64,000 nt of DNA from Gemmatimonadota bacterium (GTDB lineage: Bacteria > Gemmatimonadota > Gemmatimonadetes > Gemmatimonadales > GWC2-71-9): NCBI GenBank assembly GCA_003223415.1, contig QHUY01000015.1:14115-78114 (forward strand), in the 5' to 3' direction. Made by a program: the position numbers and the translations under genes. Numbering within the stretch: the first letter of the stretch is position 1; every line of letters begins with the position of its first letter. Under the pieces are notes generated by a model. That model worked only from the letters and a program-made list of their open reading frames with translations, was not told where the DNA came from and did not search any database. Shown here in pieces: positions 1 through 11,690 of the stretch.

Positions 1-78
1 GACTCATCGCGGAGCTGGAGCATCAACACCAGGCGGGCGACAGTGCAAAATCCAAAACGGACGGAGGGCGAAACTAGC

Positions 79-1363
79 ATGCGGTTGATCGGCGGATTCC
101 TGAGCGTAGTCCTGGCCACCCCCCTGGCGGCACAGCAGCAGCAGTCGCCCCCCGCCCCCCCCCCCCCCCCCCCCCCCCCCTGCAGGTGCAGCCGGCCATG
201 GTCCAGGCCGAGGGTGACCAGCGCAACGCCGGCGCCGGCTACCGCGCCGCCCTGGGCGCGTTCCTGCCGTCCTTGACCATCACCAGCTCGGCGGCGCGCA
301 GCAACGTGAGCGTGATCGATCGGACCACAGGAATTCAGGTGCCACCGCAGTACTCATATACGAGTAGCCTGTCGGCGAGCTTGGATCTGTTCACCGGATT
401 CCGCCGGCTGGCCAACCGCGGCGCCGCGGCGGCCACCCAAAACGCGGCCGACGCCGGCTACGTGAACCAACAATTCCAGGTGACGCTCCAGACCAAGCAG
501 GCGTTCTATAACGCGCTCGCGACCGAAGAGCTGGTGCGGGTCGCCGAAGCCCAGGTGAAGCGCACCCAGCAGGAGCTGCAGATCTCGGTGGACAAGCTGC
601 GGGCCGGCTCGGCCACTCGCTCAGACTCCCTCCGCTCGGCGGTGGACGTCGGCAACGCGCGCTTGGCCCTGCTGCAGGCGCAGGCCAACCTCGCCTTCGC
701 CCAGGCCACCCTCGGTCGGCAGGTCGGCGTGGACCAGCCGGTGCGCGCCGTACCGGACACCGCCCTCCCCACCGTGCCTGACACGGCGACCCTGCGCGCA
801 GAGGTCGTGGCGAGGGCGCCGGCAGTCCGGCAAGCCGATGCCCAGGCCCGCGCGGCGGGCGCGCAGGTGTGGTCCGCGCGGTCCCAGTATTTCCCGTCGC
901 TGACCGTGTCCTACGGCGACAACCGGCAGGGCACCGCCTCGCCCTCGTGGGAGCGCTTCGTGGGCGGGGGCTACCCGGAGACGTACTCGTGGCGCTTCGG
1001 CCTCTCCTGGACGCTGTTCAATGGCTTCGCGCGCGAGCAGCAGCAGACGTCGGCCGCGGTGGCGCACGACGTCGCCCAGTCGAAGGCGGACGACACGCGC
1101 CGCGCGGTGAACGCCCAGCTCACCCAGCAGCTCGCCGCCCTGGAGACCGCGTTCGCCCAGGTCGACATCGCCCAAGCGAACGTCGCGGCGACCACCGAAG
1201 ACATGCGCGTGCAACAGGAGCGCTACCGCGTCGGCGCGGCGACGATCCTCGACCTGCTGACATCGCAGGCGAATCTGACCCAGGCGCAGGTGAGCCTGGT
1301 GCAGGCCCGCTTCAACTATGTGATCGCCCGGGCCACGCTCGAGGCGCTCGTGGGGCGCGCCCT

Positions 1364-1367
<4 letters not shown>
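79..1367 (+). pseudogene. TolC-family outer-membrane efflux channel; signal peptide and mature part lie in different frames across a poly-C tract
   Basis: A signal-peptide-like MRLIGGFLSVVLATPLAAQ starts at 79 in frame 1. The TolC-like body (AFLPSL, two coiled repeats, 393-aa ORF 186..1367) is in frame 0. The frames switch at the 26-nt C run at 155-180. Its stop overlaps the next gene's start (ATGA at 1364). Confidence 0.75.
155..180. repeat. 26-nt poly-C homopolymer
   Basis: Counted directly: C at every position 155-180, preceded by CCCCCCG. Confidence 0.95.
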
Positions 1368-2100
<733 letters not shown>

Positions 2101-2104
<4 letters not shown>

Positions 2105-3663
2105 AGCGATTCCTGACCGCGGCGGCCCTCGCCTTGGGCCTGGCCGCCTGCAAGAAGGCCCAACCCGCGGTGCTCTACGAGAAGGTCCCCGTGGAGCGGC
2201 GCGACATCACCGTCACGGCCTCGGCGTCGGGGACGATCCAGCCGATCCTCACCGTGCAAGTCAAGTCGCAGGCGTCGGGGGCGATCACCGAGATGCGGGT
2301 GCAGACAGGCGACGACGTGCACCCGGGGCAGGTGCTCGCGCTGATCGATCCACGCCTGCCCAAGAGCGCCCTCGACCAGGCGAAAGCGAACCTGGAGGTC
2401 GCGAAGGCGCAGTACCAGAATGCCGCGACTCAGCTCGCTCGCGAGGACACCCTTTTCCGGGCGCAGGCGGTGACGCAGACGGAGTACGACGCCGCCAAGG
2501 TCACCTTCGCGCAGGCCAAGGCCGCCCTCGTCAACGCCCAGGCGAACCTCAGCGACGCGCAGATCGCCTACGACCAGACGCGCGTGACCGCGCCGCTCGC
2601 CGGCACCATCATCCAGAAGAACGTCGAACTCGGCACCGTGATCTCGAGCCCCACGCGCGACGTAGGCGGCGGCACCGTGCTCTTCCAGATGGCCAACCTC
2701 GACACCGTCCAGGTCCAGTCGATGGTAGACGAAACCGACATCGGGAAGGTCCAGCCCGGCCTGCCGGTGACGATCACCGTCGACGCCTACCCCAGCCGGC
2801 CGTTCCAGGGCACCGTGCGAAAGATCGAGCCGCAGGCCACCGTCCAGCAGAACGTCACCATGTTTCCGGTGCTGGTGAACATCCTCAACCCCGAGCACCT
2901 GCTCAAGCCCGGCATGAACGCCGAGGTGGAGGTCCACGTGGGCCAGCGGCAGGGCGTGCTGGCGATTCCCAACTCGGCGCTGCGCACCCAACGCGATGTC
3001 GCGTCCGCTGCTCAGGTGCTGGGCCTCAACCCGCAAGACGTGCAGGCGCAGCTCGCCGCGGCGTCGCCGCCACCCGCGCCCCGAATGGGCGGGGATACGG
3101 CCGCGCGGACCGGCACGTCGCTCGGCCAGGCCGCGCCGTCCGCCGCACGGCCCGGCGATCCCGCGCCCCAAGGGGGCAAGCGGGACAGCACGAAGCCGGC
3201 GGCCAACGTGTTCACGACGGCCGACGGCCGCCAGATCCCGCTGCCGGCGGGCGTCACAGCCGAGCAGGTACGCGCCGCCATGCAGAAGCGCTTCACGGGC
3301 GGCGAGGTCACGCCTGCCGAGCAAGCGATGCTGCGCCAGGTGTTCTCGCAGTTCACGGGCCGCGGCGGCGCCGGAGGGGGAGGGGGAGGCATGCGCCGCA
3401 GCAACAACTTCAGCGGCAACTACATCGTGTTCGCGCTACGCAATGGCAAGCCGACGCCGGTCAACATCCGCACCGGCCTCACCGACCTCGACTACGTCGA
3501 GGTGACGAGCGGCCTGGCGGAAAAGGACACCGTGCTGCTGCTGCCGAGCGCGTCGCTGGTGCAGTCGCAGACGGACATGAAGAACCGCTTCCAGAACATG
3601 ACCGGCGGTGGGCTGCCGGGGCTGCGCCAGCAGAGCGGCGGCAGCGGGACTACGAAGAACTAG
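2101..3663 (+). CDS. HlyD/MacA-family periplasmic adaptor (membrane fusion) lipoprotein
   Basis: Lipobox LGLAAC at the N-terminus, coiled-coil segment, barrel-sandwich motifs ([16 protein letters not shown]). GTGA overlap with the upstream ATPase gene. Confidence 0.85.
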
Positions 3664-3665
3664 CC

Positions 3666-4880
3666 ATGTTGCTCGGCGAGATCATTCAGGTCGCGCTGCA
3701 GGCGATCCGCGCCAACAAGCTGCGGTCCCTGCTCACGACGCTGGGCATCATCATCGGCGTGGGCGCGGTGATCACCATGATCGCGCTTGGCTCCGGCGCG
3801 CAGAAGTCCGTGCAGGACCGGATCCAGGCGCTGGGGCCGACGCTGCTGACCATCTTCCCGGGACAGAACTTCCGCGGCGGCATCGCCATCATGGGAGCGA
3901 TCAGCATCACCATGGACGACGACACCGCCCTCGCCCAGCGCGCGCGCTATATCGACGCCGTCGTCCCCGAGCTGTCGCGGAACGTCCAGGTGAAAAAGGC
4001 CAACCAGAACATCAACGTGAGCGTGGTCGGCACCACCTCCAACTACGTGCCGGTGCACAGCTACACCATCACCTACGGCCGCATGTACACGCCCGGGGAG
4101 GACGACGCCCGCCAGCGCTATGCCGTCCTCGGCTCGGCCATCCCCGACATGTTCAACACCAACCCCGCGGCGATCATCGGGCAGGACATCCAGATCCGCG
4201 GCATCACCTTCCAGGTCATCGGGGTGCTGAGTCAGAAGGGCGCCCAGGGATCGTTCAACAACCCGGATGAGCAGATCCTCATCCCGCTGCAGACCGCTCG
4301 CTACCGCATGTTCGGCCCCGACCGGCTGCGCTCGATCACCGTCCGCGTCGTGGACTTGGACCACATGAACCTCGCGATGATCGAGATCGAGCGGGTGATG
4401 CGACGCATGCATCACATCCGCCCGGGCGGCGACAACGACTTCCAGATCCGCAACCAGACCGACATCCTGGCCACGTTCCAGCAGACCACGCAGACCTTCG
4501 GGGCGCTCCTGGCGGGCATCGCCGCGGTCAGCCTGCTCGTCGGCGGCATCGGCATCATGAACATCATGCTGGTCTCGGTCACGGAGCGCACCCGCGAGAT
4601 CGGCGTCCGCAAGGCGCTCGGCGCCACGCGGAACAACATCCTGTTTCAGTTCCTCGTGGAGGCGCTGGTCCTGTGCCTGACGGGCGGCATGATGGGCGTG
4701 GTGTTTGGCTCACTGGGCGCGATCGTGCTGTCCAAGATGTTCCACTGGAACACGCTGATCTCGCCGCTCGCCATCCTGCTGGCGTTCTTCTTCAGCGCCA
4801 TGGTCGGCCTGTTCTTCGGCATCTGGCCCGCGCAGCGCGCTGCGCAGCTGGACCCGATCCAAGCCCTCCGGTACGAATAG
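3666..4880 (+). CDS. MacB/FtsX-family ABC transporter permease
   Basis: N-terminal TM (LRSLLTTLGIIIGVGAVI), large periplasmic domain, C-terminal FtsX-type TM bundle (RTREIGVRKALGA). Only the last approx 404 aa of ORF 2079..4880 are taken as real. Confidence 0.9.
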   Translation: MLLGEIIQVALQAIRANKLRSLLTTLGIIIGVGAVITMIALGSGAQKSVQDRIQALGPTLLTIFPGQNFRGGIAIMGAISITMDDDTALAQRARYIDAVVPELSRNVQVKKANQNINVSVVGTTSNYVPVHSYTITYGRMYTPGEDDARQRYAVLGSAIPDMFNTNPAAIIGQDIQIRGITFQVIGVLSQKGAQGSFNNPDEQILIPLQTARYRMFGPDRLRSITVRVVDLDHMNLAMIEIERVMRRMHHIRPGGDNDFQIRNQTDILATFQQTTQTFGALLAGIAAVSLLVGGIGIMNIMLVSVTERTREIGVRKALGATRNNILFQFLVEALVLCLTGGMMGVVFGSLGAIVLSKMFHWNTLISPLAILLAFFFSAMVGLFFGIWPAQRAAQLDPIQALRYE

Positions 4881-4889
4881 TCGCCTCAA

Positions 4890-4904
4890 CCGACGAAGCG
4901 TCGG
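4890..4904 (+). terminator. Short hairpin downstream of the efflux operon
   Basis: CCGACG-aag-CGTCGG, a perfect 6-bp stem 10 nt after the stop codon. No T tract follows. Confidence 0.3.
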
Positions 4905-4917
4905 ATTGCCGGGACAC

Positions 4918-4985
4918 GGGAAGCGAGAAACGGGAAACGGGGTGACGAATCGCCCACGTTTCCCGTTTCCCCTTTCTCGTTTCCC
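4918..4985. repeat. Long imperfect inverted repeat built from GGGAAAC-type heptamers
   Basis: The left arm GGGAAGCGAGAAACGGGAAACGGGG faces the right arm CGTTTCCCGTTTCCCCTTTCTCGTTTCCC. It is intergenic between the permease gene and the next CDS. Confidence 0.6.
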
Positions 4986-5002
4986 GGCTGTAGTTTTGTC
5001 AT

Positions 5003-7327
5003 ATGGTTCCCGCCCTCCTCGCCCTCGCCCTTTTCCAGAGCGGTGATGGCCCGAGCCCCGTCTACGACGGCCGCGCCCGCCAGCTCGGCGTCCGCCCGCC
5101 GCGTCTCGAGGCGGCGGTCATCATCGACGGCGTCTTGGGCGAGCCCGTCTGGCGGCAGGCCGCGCGGCTCACCGGCTTCACCCAGTACCGCCCCGTCGAC
5201 AGCCGCCCCGCGGCGGACTCGACGGTCGCGCTCGTGTGGTACGCACCCGATGCGATCTACTTCGGCATCCGGGCCTACGAGGCCCACGGCTCGGTGGTGC
5301 GCGCCACGCTCGCCGATCGCGACAATATCGACGCCGACGACAAGGTCCAGATTCTCCTCGACACCTACGACGACCACCGCCGCGCCCTGCTTTTCGCGGT
5401 GAATCCCCTCGGCGTCCAGCAGGACGGCGTGCGCAGCGAAGGCCAGGACGCCGGCGCGGCCGGCGGCGGCGTCGGCACCGGCCGGTTCGACGGCATCGTG
5501 GATCTCAGCCCCGACTTCGTCTACCAGTCGCGGGGCCACGTAACGCCCTGGGGCTACGAGGTCGAGGTCCGCATCCCGTTCAAGAGCATCCGCTACCAGA
5601 GCGCCGACCCTCAGGACTGGGGCCTCCAGATCGTCCGTACCACCCAGCACACCGGATACGAAGACACCTGGGCGCCCACCGTGCGCGCCAGCGCGAGCTT
5701 CCTGATCCAGTCGGGCCGCCTCCAGGGTCTCACCGGCCTGCGTCGCGGCCTGGTCATGGACCTGAACCCCGAGTTCACGACGCACGTGGACGGAGCTCCG
5801 GTCGCGGGGCCCCCCCCTCGGTACCTCTACAAGGGCGACCCGCAGCCCGGCGGCAACCTGCGCTGGGGACTCTCCCAGAACCTGAACGCCACCGGGACGG
5901 TCAACCCCGATTTCTCGCAGGTCGAGGCCGACATCGCCCAGGTGACGGTGAACCAGCGCTTCGCCCTGTTCTTCCCCGAGAAGCGCCCGTTCTTCCTGGA
6001 GGGCCTCGAGCAGTTCGACACACCCAACCGGCTGATCTATACGCGGCAGATCGTGTCCCCCGTGGCCGGCGCCAAGCTCACCGGCAAGGTGGGCGGCACC
6101 AACGTGGCCTACCTGGCGGCGGCCGACGACCGGGCGCAGTCGCGCACCGACGCCAACCCCGTGTTTAACCTGCTGCGGGTGCAGCGCGACCTCGGCGCTA
6201 GCTCGACGGTCGGCCTGGCGTACACCGATCGCCTCGTCGGCGGCGACTACAACCGGGTGCTCGGCGCGGACGCGCGGATCATCTGGAAGCACATCTGGTT
6301 CTCACAGGTGCAGCTGGTCGGCTCCTGGGACGACAGCGCCGGCGTCCCCCGCGCGGGCAAGCTGTGGGACGTGACGCTGTACGACCGCACGGGGCGCTCC
6401 TACGGCAACCACGCGGAGATCGTCGGCAGCACTCCCGACTTCGTCGCCCGCAGCGGCTTCGTGAACCGCGTCGGGGTCGTCACGGGGCGTTTCTTCAATC
6501 GCTTCACCGTGTACGGCCGACCCGGTGCACTCGTCGAGCAGCTGAGCACGTTCCTGCTCGTGAGCCCGCTGTGGCGCTACGACGACTTCTGGAAGCTCGG
6601 GGGCTCGATCGAGGGAGGGTACACGCTCACGTCAACCGCGAACGTACGCGGGGGATGGAGCCTCAACGCCGCCGTGTCGAACAACCTGCAGCGCTTCGAC
6701 GCCGCGCCGTACGCCGGCTACCGGGTCAACCGCACCGTTGATACGATCCCGTTCGTGCTGCCACACGGGCTGTACAACCTCTGGGGCGCAAACGCCGGCT
6801 TCAACACGCCGAACCGCGCGCTCACGCTGACGGCGACCGCGGGTTACGGCGCGGCACCGATCTTCGCCGAGGCGTCCGAGGGACACCAGCTCGCACTCAC
6901 CGCGACGGCCGGCTGGCGACCCACCACGTCGATTCGGGTCGACGCCCGCTGGACGCACCTGCGCCTCACCAGAGCCCGGGACGGCAGCCGCTTCTCGACC
7001 GCTAACATCCCGCGCGTGAAGATCGAATACCAGCTCACGCGAGCGATCTTTTTCCGCTACGTCGGCCAGTACTTCGCCCAAGATCGGGTCGCGCTCCAAG
7101 ATCCCCGCACCGGCCAGCCGCTCATCGTGAACGGGACGGCCGCCGGGTCGCAGGCGACCAACGACTTCCGCAACGACGCCCTGTTTTCGTTCAAGCCGAC
7201 CCCGGGAACGGTGTTCTTCTTCGGCTACGGCGCCTCGCTCGACGAGCCCGAGGCGTTCACCTTCCGGCACCTCCACCGCAGCGGCGACGGGTTCTTTCTC
7301 AAGGCAAGCTATCTGTTCCGGATGTAA
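5003..7327 (+). CDS. DUF5916 / CBM9-like domain protein (secreted or outer-membrane associated)
   Basis: 774-aa ORF. The N-terminal [10 protein letters not shown]...YRPVD...FGIRAYE...[12 protein letters not shown] pattern resembles CBM9-like/DUF5916 proteins. The C-terminal two thirds are beta-rich and end in Phe-Arg-Met. Confidence 0.6.
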   Translation: MVPALLALALFQSGDGPSPVYDGRARQLGVRPPRLEAAVIIDGVLGEPVWRQAARLTGFTQYRPVDSRPAADSTVALVWYAPDAIYFGIRAYEAHGSVVRATLADRDNIDADDKVQILLDTYDDHRRALLFAVNPLGVQQDGVRSEGQDAGAAGGGVGTGRFDGIVDLSPDFVYQSRGHVTPWGYEVEVRIPFKSIRYQSADPQDWGLQIVRTTQHTGYEDTWAPTVRASASFLIQSGRLQGLTGLRRGLVMDLNPEFTTHVDGAPVAGPPPRYLYKGDPQPGGNLRWGLSQNLNATGTVNPDFSQVEADIAQVTVNQRFALFFPEKRPFFLEGLEQFDTPNRLIYTRQIVSPVAGAKLTGKVGGTNVAYLAAADDRAQSRTDANPVFNLLRVQRDLGASSTVGLAYTDRLVGGDYNRVLGADARIIWKHIWFSQVQLVGSWDDSAGVPRAGKLWDVTLYDRTGRSYGNHAEIVGSTPDFVARSGFVNRVGVVTGRFFNRFTVYGRPGALVEQLSTFLLVSPLWRYDDFWKLGGSIEGGYTLTSTANVRGGWSLNAAVSNNLQRFDAAPYAGYRVNRTVDTIPFVLPHGLYNLWGANAGFNTPNRALTLTATAGYGAAPIFAEASEGHQLALTATAGWRPTTSIRVDARWTHLRLTRARDGSRFSTANIPRVKIEYQLTRAIFFRYVGQYFAQDRVALQDPRTGQPLIVNGTAAGSQATNDFRNDALFSFKPTPGTVFFFGYGASLDEPEAFTFRHLHRSGDGFFLKASYLFRM

Positions 7328-7374
7328 GCCCGCCGGCTCTACCACTTCCTCGCGTCTCGGCACATCTTCCCCGC

Positions 7375-9756
7375 ATGCTCGTCTGGACGTCCATCGAAGC
7401 GCAGCTGGCACAGGAGCTCGCCGCCAAGCGCCGCCAGTACGTCCTCACCGACACTCGCACCCGCTGGGGCTTCGTCGGGCTCGCGATCGCGCTCCTGCTG
7501 GTCGTGCGGCTGGTGCGCTTCGTCCCGATCTCGTGGGTCTTCATCGCCGCCTTCGCGGCCGGCTTCCTGCTGGCGAATTACGCGATGTCCCGCATCGCGC
7601 GGGATCCCGCGTTCCAGCCCGGGTACGCTCTGCTCCACATCGCCATCGGCGGCGCGCTGATCTCCGCAGTCCTCTATGCGCTGGGGCCGACGGGCCATGT
7701 GCTCTACGCCGCATACCTGGTCGCTCCGATGCAGGCGGCGCTCTACCTGGGGCGGCGGGAGGCCTGGGGCGCCCTCGGGATCAACCTGGTGGGGTTTGGG
7801 CTCGTCGGCGCGGTGCGGGGGATGCAGACGGTCTGGCCTTGGAGCGTGCTGGTCCAGGAGGCGCTGGTGCTGCTCTTGACGTGCGCGGGACTGATCCCCC
7901 TGCTCACCCGCATCGTCGAGCGGCTGCGGGACACGCGCGGCGTGCTTGCGCAGGTCGAGCGGGGCGACCTCACCATGAAGGTCGCCGACGCCGCGCCCGA
8001 CGAGCTCGGCTACCTCGGCGTGAGCGTGGACCGCACCACCGACGCCATCGCCGACATCGTGCGCCAGGTGCAGCATCAGGCGCAGGAGCTCGCGTCGATG
8101 GCCCAGCAGCTCGCCGCCTCGGCCGAGGAGCTGCAGGCGTCCTCGCAGGAGATCTCGGCCACCACGGTGCAGCTCTCCGCGGGCACCGAGCGCCAGCGCC
8201 AGCTCATCGGCCACGGCCGGACCGACACCGATGCGGCGGCCGCCACCGCGCTCACCCTGCACGGCCGCGCCCAGGAGGCCGAGCAGGAGATCGGTGCCAT
8301 CGCGCAGCAGGCCCGGCGGCACGGCGAGGAGATCGCGCGCGCGCGCGAGCTGCTGCGCACCCTCGTCACCCACATCGACCAGGTCGCCCAGGCCGCCACG
8401 ACGCTCGAGCAAGGGTCGAAGGAGGTGGGGAAGCTGGTGGAGAGCATCACGCGCATCGCCAGCCAGACCGACCTGCTGGCCCTCAACGCCGCCATCGAAG
8501 CGGCCCGGGCCGGCCAGCACGGGCTGGGGTTCCGCGTGGTGGCGGCCGAAGTCCGCAAGCTCGCCGAGCAGAGCACCCGCGCCGCCGCCGAGGTGCAGGC
8601 GCGGGTGGCGCAGACTCAGGACCAGATCGGTCGCGTGGTGACCGCGATGCGGGAGAGCCGCACCACGGCGCAGGGGGTGGGTTCGGTCTCGACGTCGGTG
8701 CAGCAGGCCCTCGACGCCATCTTCGCCGACCTGAATCGCACGGTGCAGTTCGCCACGACCTTCGCAGGCGAGACCGAAGGCCAGACCCGGCGGATGCGCG
8801 AGGTGGTGCGGCGGATGGAGGAAGTGGCGGCGATAGCCGACGCGGCGGCACAAGGCGCGCAGCAGACCTCGGCGGCGACCGAGCAGCAGATCGCCTCGCT
8901 GGGCGAGCTCACCACCACGTCGCAACACCTGTCGGTCGCCGCGGCGAAGCTCACGGAAACGATTCAGCGGTTCACGGTGAACGGGAAGGACGGGCTGCTC
9001 GTCGTGCTGCTCGGCGCGAGCGCCGCCCTGTTCCCCACGCCGGCCCGTGGCCAGGACAACTTCGAGATCCAAGTCTATGGCTCCGAGCTCATCGCGCCCC
9101 GCCGGACCTTGCTCGAGCTGCACAGCAATTTCACGGTCGACGGGCGACACGGCGTCTCGGACGGCGTGTGGCCGAGCGATCGCGCACTCCACGAAACCAT
9201 CGAGCTCACACACGGGTTCACCCCGTGGTTCGAGGTCGGCTGGTATCTCTTCACCAGCCTTCAGGGCAGCGGGGACTGGAACTGGGTGGGCGACCACGTT
9301 CGGCCGCGACTGCGCGCGCCCGAAAGCTGGCACTGGCCCGTGGGAGCGAGCTTGTCCTTCGAATTCGGATACCAACGCCGCGCATTCTCGGCCGACACCT
9401 GGTCCCTGGAGATTCGGCCGATTATCGATCGCCGCTGGGGCTCATGGTATTGGGCGATCAACCCGACACTCGAGCGGGCGCTCACAGGAGCGGGCAGCTC
9501 CCGCGCATTCACATTCTCGCCCAACGTCGCGGTCACCTACGATGTCACCTCGAAGTTTACCGCGGGCCTCGAGTATTACGGGGCCGTCGGTCCCCTAACG
9601 GGGTTCGACCCGTTGAATCAGCAGCAGCACCAGCTCTTCCCGGTCCTCGACCTGAACCTGTCCCCCAACTTCGAGTTCAACTTCGGGGTGGGGGTCGGGA
9701 TGACGGCCGCCACGGATCACGTCATTGTCAAGATGATCACGGGATATCGCCTTTAG
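7375..9756 (+). CDS. Methyl-accepting chemotaxis protein continuing in frame into an outer-membrane beta-barrel-like module
   Basis: Multi-TM N-terminus, HAMP-like segment, canonical MCP hairpin ([37 protein letters not shown]), and an MCP-type C-terminus ([10 protein letters not shown]). No stop codon follows before a signal-peptide-like segment and a 250-aa beta-rich domain. Confidence 0.75.
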   Translation: MLVWTSIEAQLAQELAAKRRQYVLTDTRTRWGFVGLAIALLLVVRLVRFVPISWVFIAAFAAGFLLANYAMSRIARDPAFQPGYALLHIAIGGALISAVLYALGPTGHVLYAAYLVAPMQAALYLGRREAWGALGINLVGFGLVGAVRGMQTVWPWSVLVQEALVLLLTCAGLIPLLTRIVERLRDTRGVLAQVERGDLTMKVADAAPDELGYLGVSVDRTTDAIADIVRQVQHQAQELASMAQQLAASAEELQASSQEISATTVQLSAGTERQRQLIGHGRTDTDAAAATALTLHGRAQEAEQEIGAIAQQARRHGEEIARARELLRTLVTHIDQVAQAATTLEQGSKEVGKLVESITRIASQTDLLALNAAIEAARAGQHGLGFRVVAAEVRKLAEQSTRAAAEVQARVAQTQDQIGRVVTAMRESRTTAQGVGSVSTSVQQALDAIFADLNRTVQFATTFAGETEGQTRRMREVVRRMEEVAAIADAAAQGAQQTSAATEQQIASLGELTTTSQHLSVAAAKLTETIQRFTVNGKDGLLVVLLGASAALFPTPARGQDNFEIQVYGSELIAPRRTLLELHSNFTVDGRHGVSDGVWPSDRALHETIELTHGFTPWFEVGWYLFTSLQGSGDWNWVGDHVRPRLRAPESWHWPVGASLSFEFGYQRRAFSADTWSLEIRPIIDRRWGSWYWAINPTLERALTGAGSSRAFTFSPNVAVTYDVTSKFTAGLEYYGAVGPLTGFDPLNQQQHQLFPVLDLNLSPNFEFNFGVGVGMTAATDHVIVKMITGYRL
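8977..9756 (+). CDS. Candidate nested or independent outer-membrane beta-barrel protein
   Basis: In-frame GTG at 8977 gives [27 protein letters not shown] (n-h-c signal peptide). Alternating-hydrophobic beta strands follow, with a C-terminal ...KMITGYRL. Confidence 0.5.
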   Translation: MNGKDGLLVVLLGASAALFPTPARGQDNFEIQVYGSELIAPRRTLLELHSNFTVDGRHGVSDGVWPSDRALHETIELTHGFTPWFEVGWYLFTSLQGSGDWNWVGDHVRPRLRAPESWHWPVGASLSFEFGYQRRAFSADTWSLEIRPIIDRRWGSWYWAINPTLERALTGAGSSRAFTFSPNVAVTYDVTSKFTAGLEYYGAVGPLTGFDPLNQQQHQLFPVLDLNLSPNFEFNFGVGVGMTAATDHVIVKMITGYRL

Positions 9757-9780
9757 CTCCCCCCCCCCAACGTTTCGCGT

Positions 9781-11142
9781 TCACACCTCAATCGCCTTCC
9801 GCAACCGCCGCGCCCAGCGATTCGCCTCGCGCCGAATCTCCGAGTAGTCCGCCATCCGCAACCGCCCGTCTTTCACGACGAGCTTCCCATCCACGATCAC
9901 GTGGCACACGTCGCTCGCCCGCGCGCTGTAGACGATGCGCGAGATCAAATCGGCCCCCTCCGGCTGCGCGTGCGGGCCCGACAGGTCGAGCACGAGGAGG
10001 TCGGCCCGCTTGCCTGGTTCGATCGTGCCGATTTCTCCTGCCAGGCCCAGCGCGCGCGCGCCGCCCAGGGTGGCCAGTTCCAGCGCCTGGCCGGCGGGAA
10101 GCGCGTCGGGGCCCAGCCGCGGTTTCTGGACCAGCGCCGCGAGCCGCAGCTCGGTGAAGGCGTCGAGCCGGTTGTTACACGGCGCGCCGTCGGCGCCGAG
10201 CGCCACGCGGCAGCCGGCGGCGAGCATCTCGGGAATGGGGGCGATGCCGCTACCCAGCTTCAGGTTCGAGCTAGGACAGTGGACCACGTTGGTCTGCTGG
10301 CGAGCCAGACGCCGGATACCTTCGCCGTCCACCCAGACGCAGTGGGCCAGGGCCGTGCGGGGGCCCGCGATTCCCACCGAATCCAGGTAGGCGAGCTCGT
10401 CGTTCCCCGTTTCCCGTTTGACGGTTTCCAGCTCGACCGGCGTCTCAGCGGCGTGGGTGTGGATCACCGCGTCGGCCTTCTCCGCGAGGTCGCTGACTGC
10501 GCGAAGCAGCTGCCCGGTGCTGCTCGGAGCGAAGCGCGGCGCGTAGCACCAGCGGAGCCGGCCGTTCGCCCGGCCGTGCCACGTGGCGCACAGGTCGGCC
10601 GCTTCCTGCAGCGCGTGGTCGGTCGGCTCCCGCAGCCCCGGCGGCGCCGACGGTGCGTCCATCAAGCACTTGCCCGCCGTGGCGCGCAAGCCGATGGCCT
10701 CCAGCGCCTGAAAGGCGGCCCCGGTGTGCCGAACCGTCTCCATGTCGAGGATCGCGGTCGTGCCCCCGAGCAACAGTTCGGCGGCGCCGAGCATCGCCGA
10801 CCAGTAGACGGAGTCCTCGGTATGCGCCGCCTCGAGCGGCCAGATGCGCCGGGCTAGCCACTGCTCGAGCGGCAGGTCGTCGGCTAGCCCGCGGAACAGC
10901 GTTTGACAAAGATGGACGTGGGCCTGCACCAGCCCGGGCAGGAGAATGAGACCAGAACAGTCGATGACGCTTTTTCCGTCCGACCGTCCGACCGTCCGAC
11001 GGTCCGACCGCTTTTTCACAGCCGCGATCTTCCCCGCCTCAACCCACACATCCGCGTCGAGGATGCGGCGCCGCGGATCCATCGTCACGACGCGGGCGCC
11101 GGTGAGCACCAGCGCGCGCGGGGGGGAGGGGGACGCGCGCAC
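9781..11142 (-). CDS. Amidohydrolase-superfamily deaminase/chlorohydrolase (MtaD/SsnA-like)
   Basis: Metal-binding HVHLCQT motif after VIDCSGLILLPG, later HTHAAE and HCVW motifs, 453 aa. Confidence 0.85.
   Translation of the reverse strand: MRASPSPPRALVLTGARVVTMDPRRRILDADVWVEAGKIAAVKKRSDRRTVGRSDGKSVIDCSGLILLPGLVQAHVHLCQTLFRGLADDLPLEQWLARRIWPLEAAHTEDSVYWSAMLGAAELLLGGTTAILDMETVRHTGAAFQALEAIGLRATAGKCLMDAPSAPPGLREPTDHALQEAADLCATWHGRANGRLRWCYAPRFAPSSTGQLLRAVSDLAEKADAVIHTHAAETPVELETVKRETGNDELAYLDSVGIAGPRTALAHCVWVDGEGIRRLARQQTNVVHCPSSNLKLGSGIAPIPEMLAAGCRVALGADGAPCNNRLDAFTELRLAALVQKPRLGPDALPAGQALELATLGGARALGLAGEIGTIEPGKRADLLVLDLSGPHAQPEGADLISRIVYSARASDVCHVIVDGKLVVKDGRLRMADYSEIRREANRWARRLRKAIEV
10977..11010. 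repeat. Tandem 8-mer array (CGTCCGAC x3, GGTCCGAC x1)
   Basis: Read directly. It lies inside the amidohydrolase CDS (encodes RSDRRTVGRSDG) and is flanked on both sides by CGCTTTTTC. Confidence 0.9.
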
Positions 11143-11144
11143 GC

Positions 11145-11663
11145 CTACGTCGTCACCCGGGGTCGCGCTTTGGTGGTATCCTGGGGCAGGTCGAAGTACG
11201 CCGCGACTTCGTCCGCAAGCTCGTCTTCGGCGTATGTCCCGGTGAGGATGCGCTCCGGGCTTCCGGGCTCGACCAGCAGGTACCCGAAGGGATAGTCGAG
11301 GCCGGAGAGCAGGATCGGGCGCCGCTGCCGATTGGGCAGCGCCACGTACACCGTCTCGGCGTGCGTAGGGAGCAGTTTGATGTCGAATGCGGTGAGCTGC
11401 GGCACGATCGCCTGGGTGGCCGACGTCAACTCCCCGAACGCGTCGACCGCGTCGTCGGGATTGAGGGTGTCCCCACCGGCCGGCAGCCAGAACACGATCA
11501 CCGTCGGTCCCGTGACGACCCGCGGCGCATGCAGCACGCTGTCCGTGGAGTCGCGGGTGAACTGCCCGAGATCCGCGGCGGCCGCTCCCTGGGGAGCCTT
11601 GACGACAGTGCGGGAGTGGCAGCCCACGAGGAGCGCCAGCCCCGCGAGCAAGACCGGTCTCAT
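11145..11663 (-). CDS. Hypothetical lipoprotein
   Basis: Lipobox ALLVGC near the N-terminus. 172 aa with no recognised domain. Confidence 0.55.
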   Translation of the reverse strand: MRPVLLAGLALLVGCHSRTVVKAPQGAAAADLGQFTRDSTDSVLHAPRVVTGPTVIVFWLPAGGDTLNPDDAVDAFGELTSATQAIVPQLTAFDIKLLPTHAETVYVALPNRQRRPILLSGLDYPFGYLLVEPGSPERILTGTYAEDELADEVAAYFDLPQDTTKARPRVTT

Positions 11664-11690
11664 TGCGGAAATATATTCGCCCGATGCCCG

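Noticed and set aside
43-276. 77-aa ORF as an independent gene.
   Set aside because: Only its signal-peptide part is meaningful. It is the displaced N-terminus of the TolC-like gene, and the rest is poly-Pro from the homopolymer plus out-of-frame sequence.
10977-11010. Short tandem arrays and the P/A repeats (40600-40980) as CRISPR arrays.
   Set aside because: The units are 7-8 nt, or 150 nt and degenerate, and they are contiguous without spacers. No cas genes are present.
10968-11017. CGCTTTTTC on both sides of the 8-mer array as a target-site duplication of an inserted element.
   Set aside because: The two copies are 41 nt apart, which is not a multiple of three. Removing the intervening DNA would break the amidohydrolase frame, and the segment falls in a normally variable loop. 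Chance or slippage is as likely.
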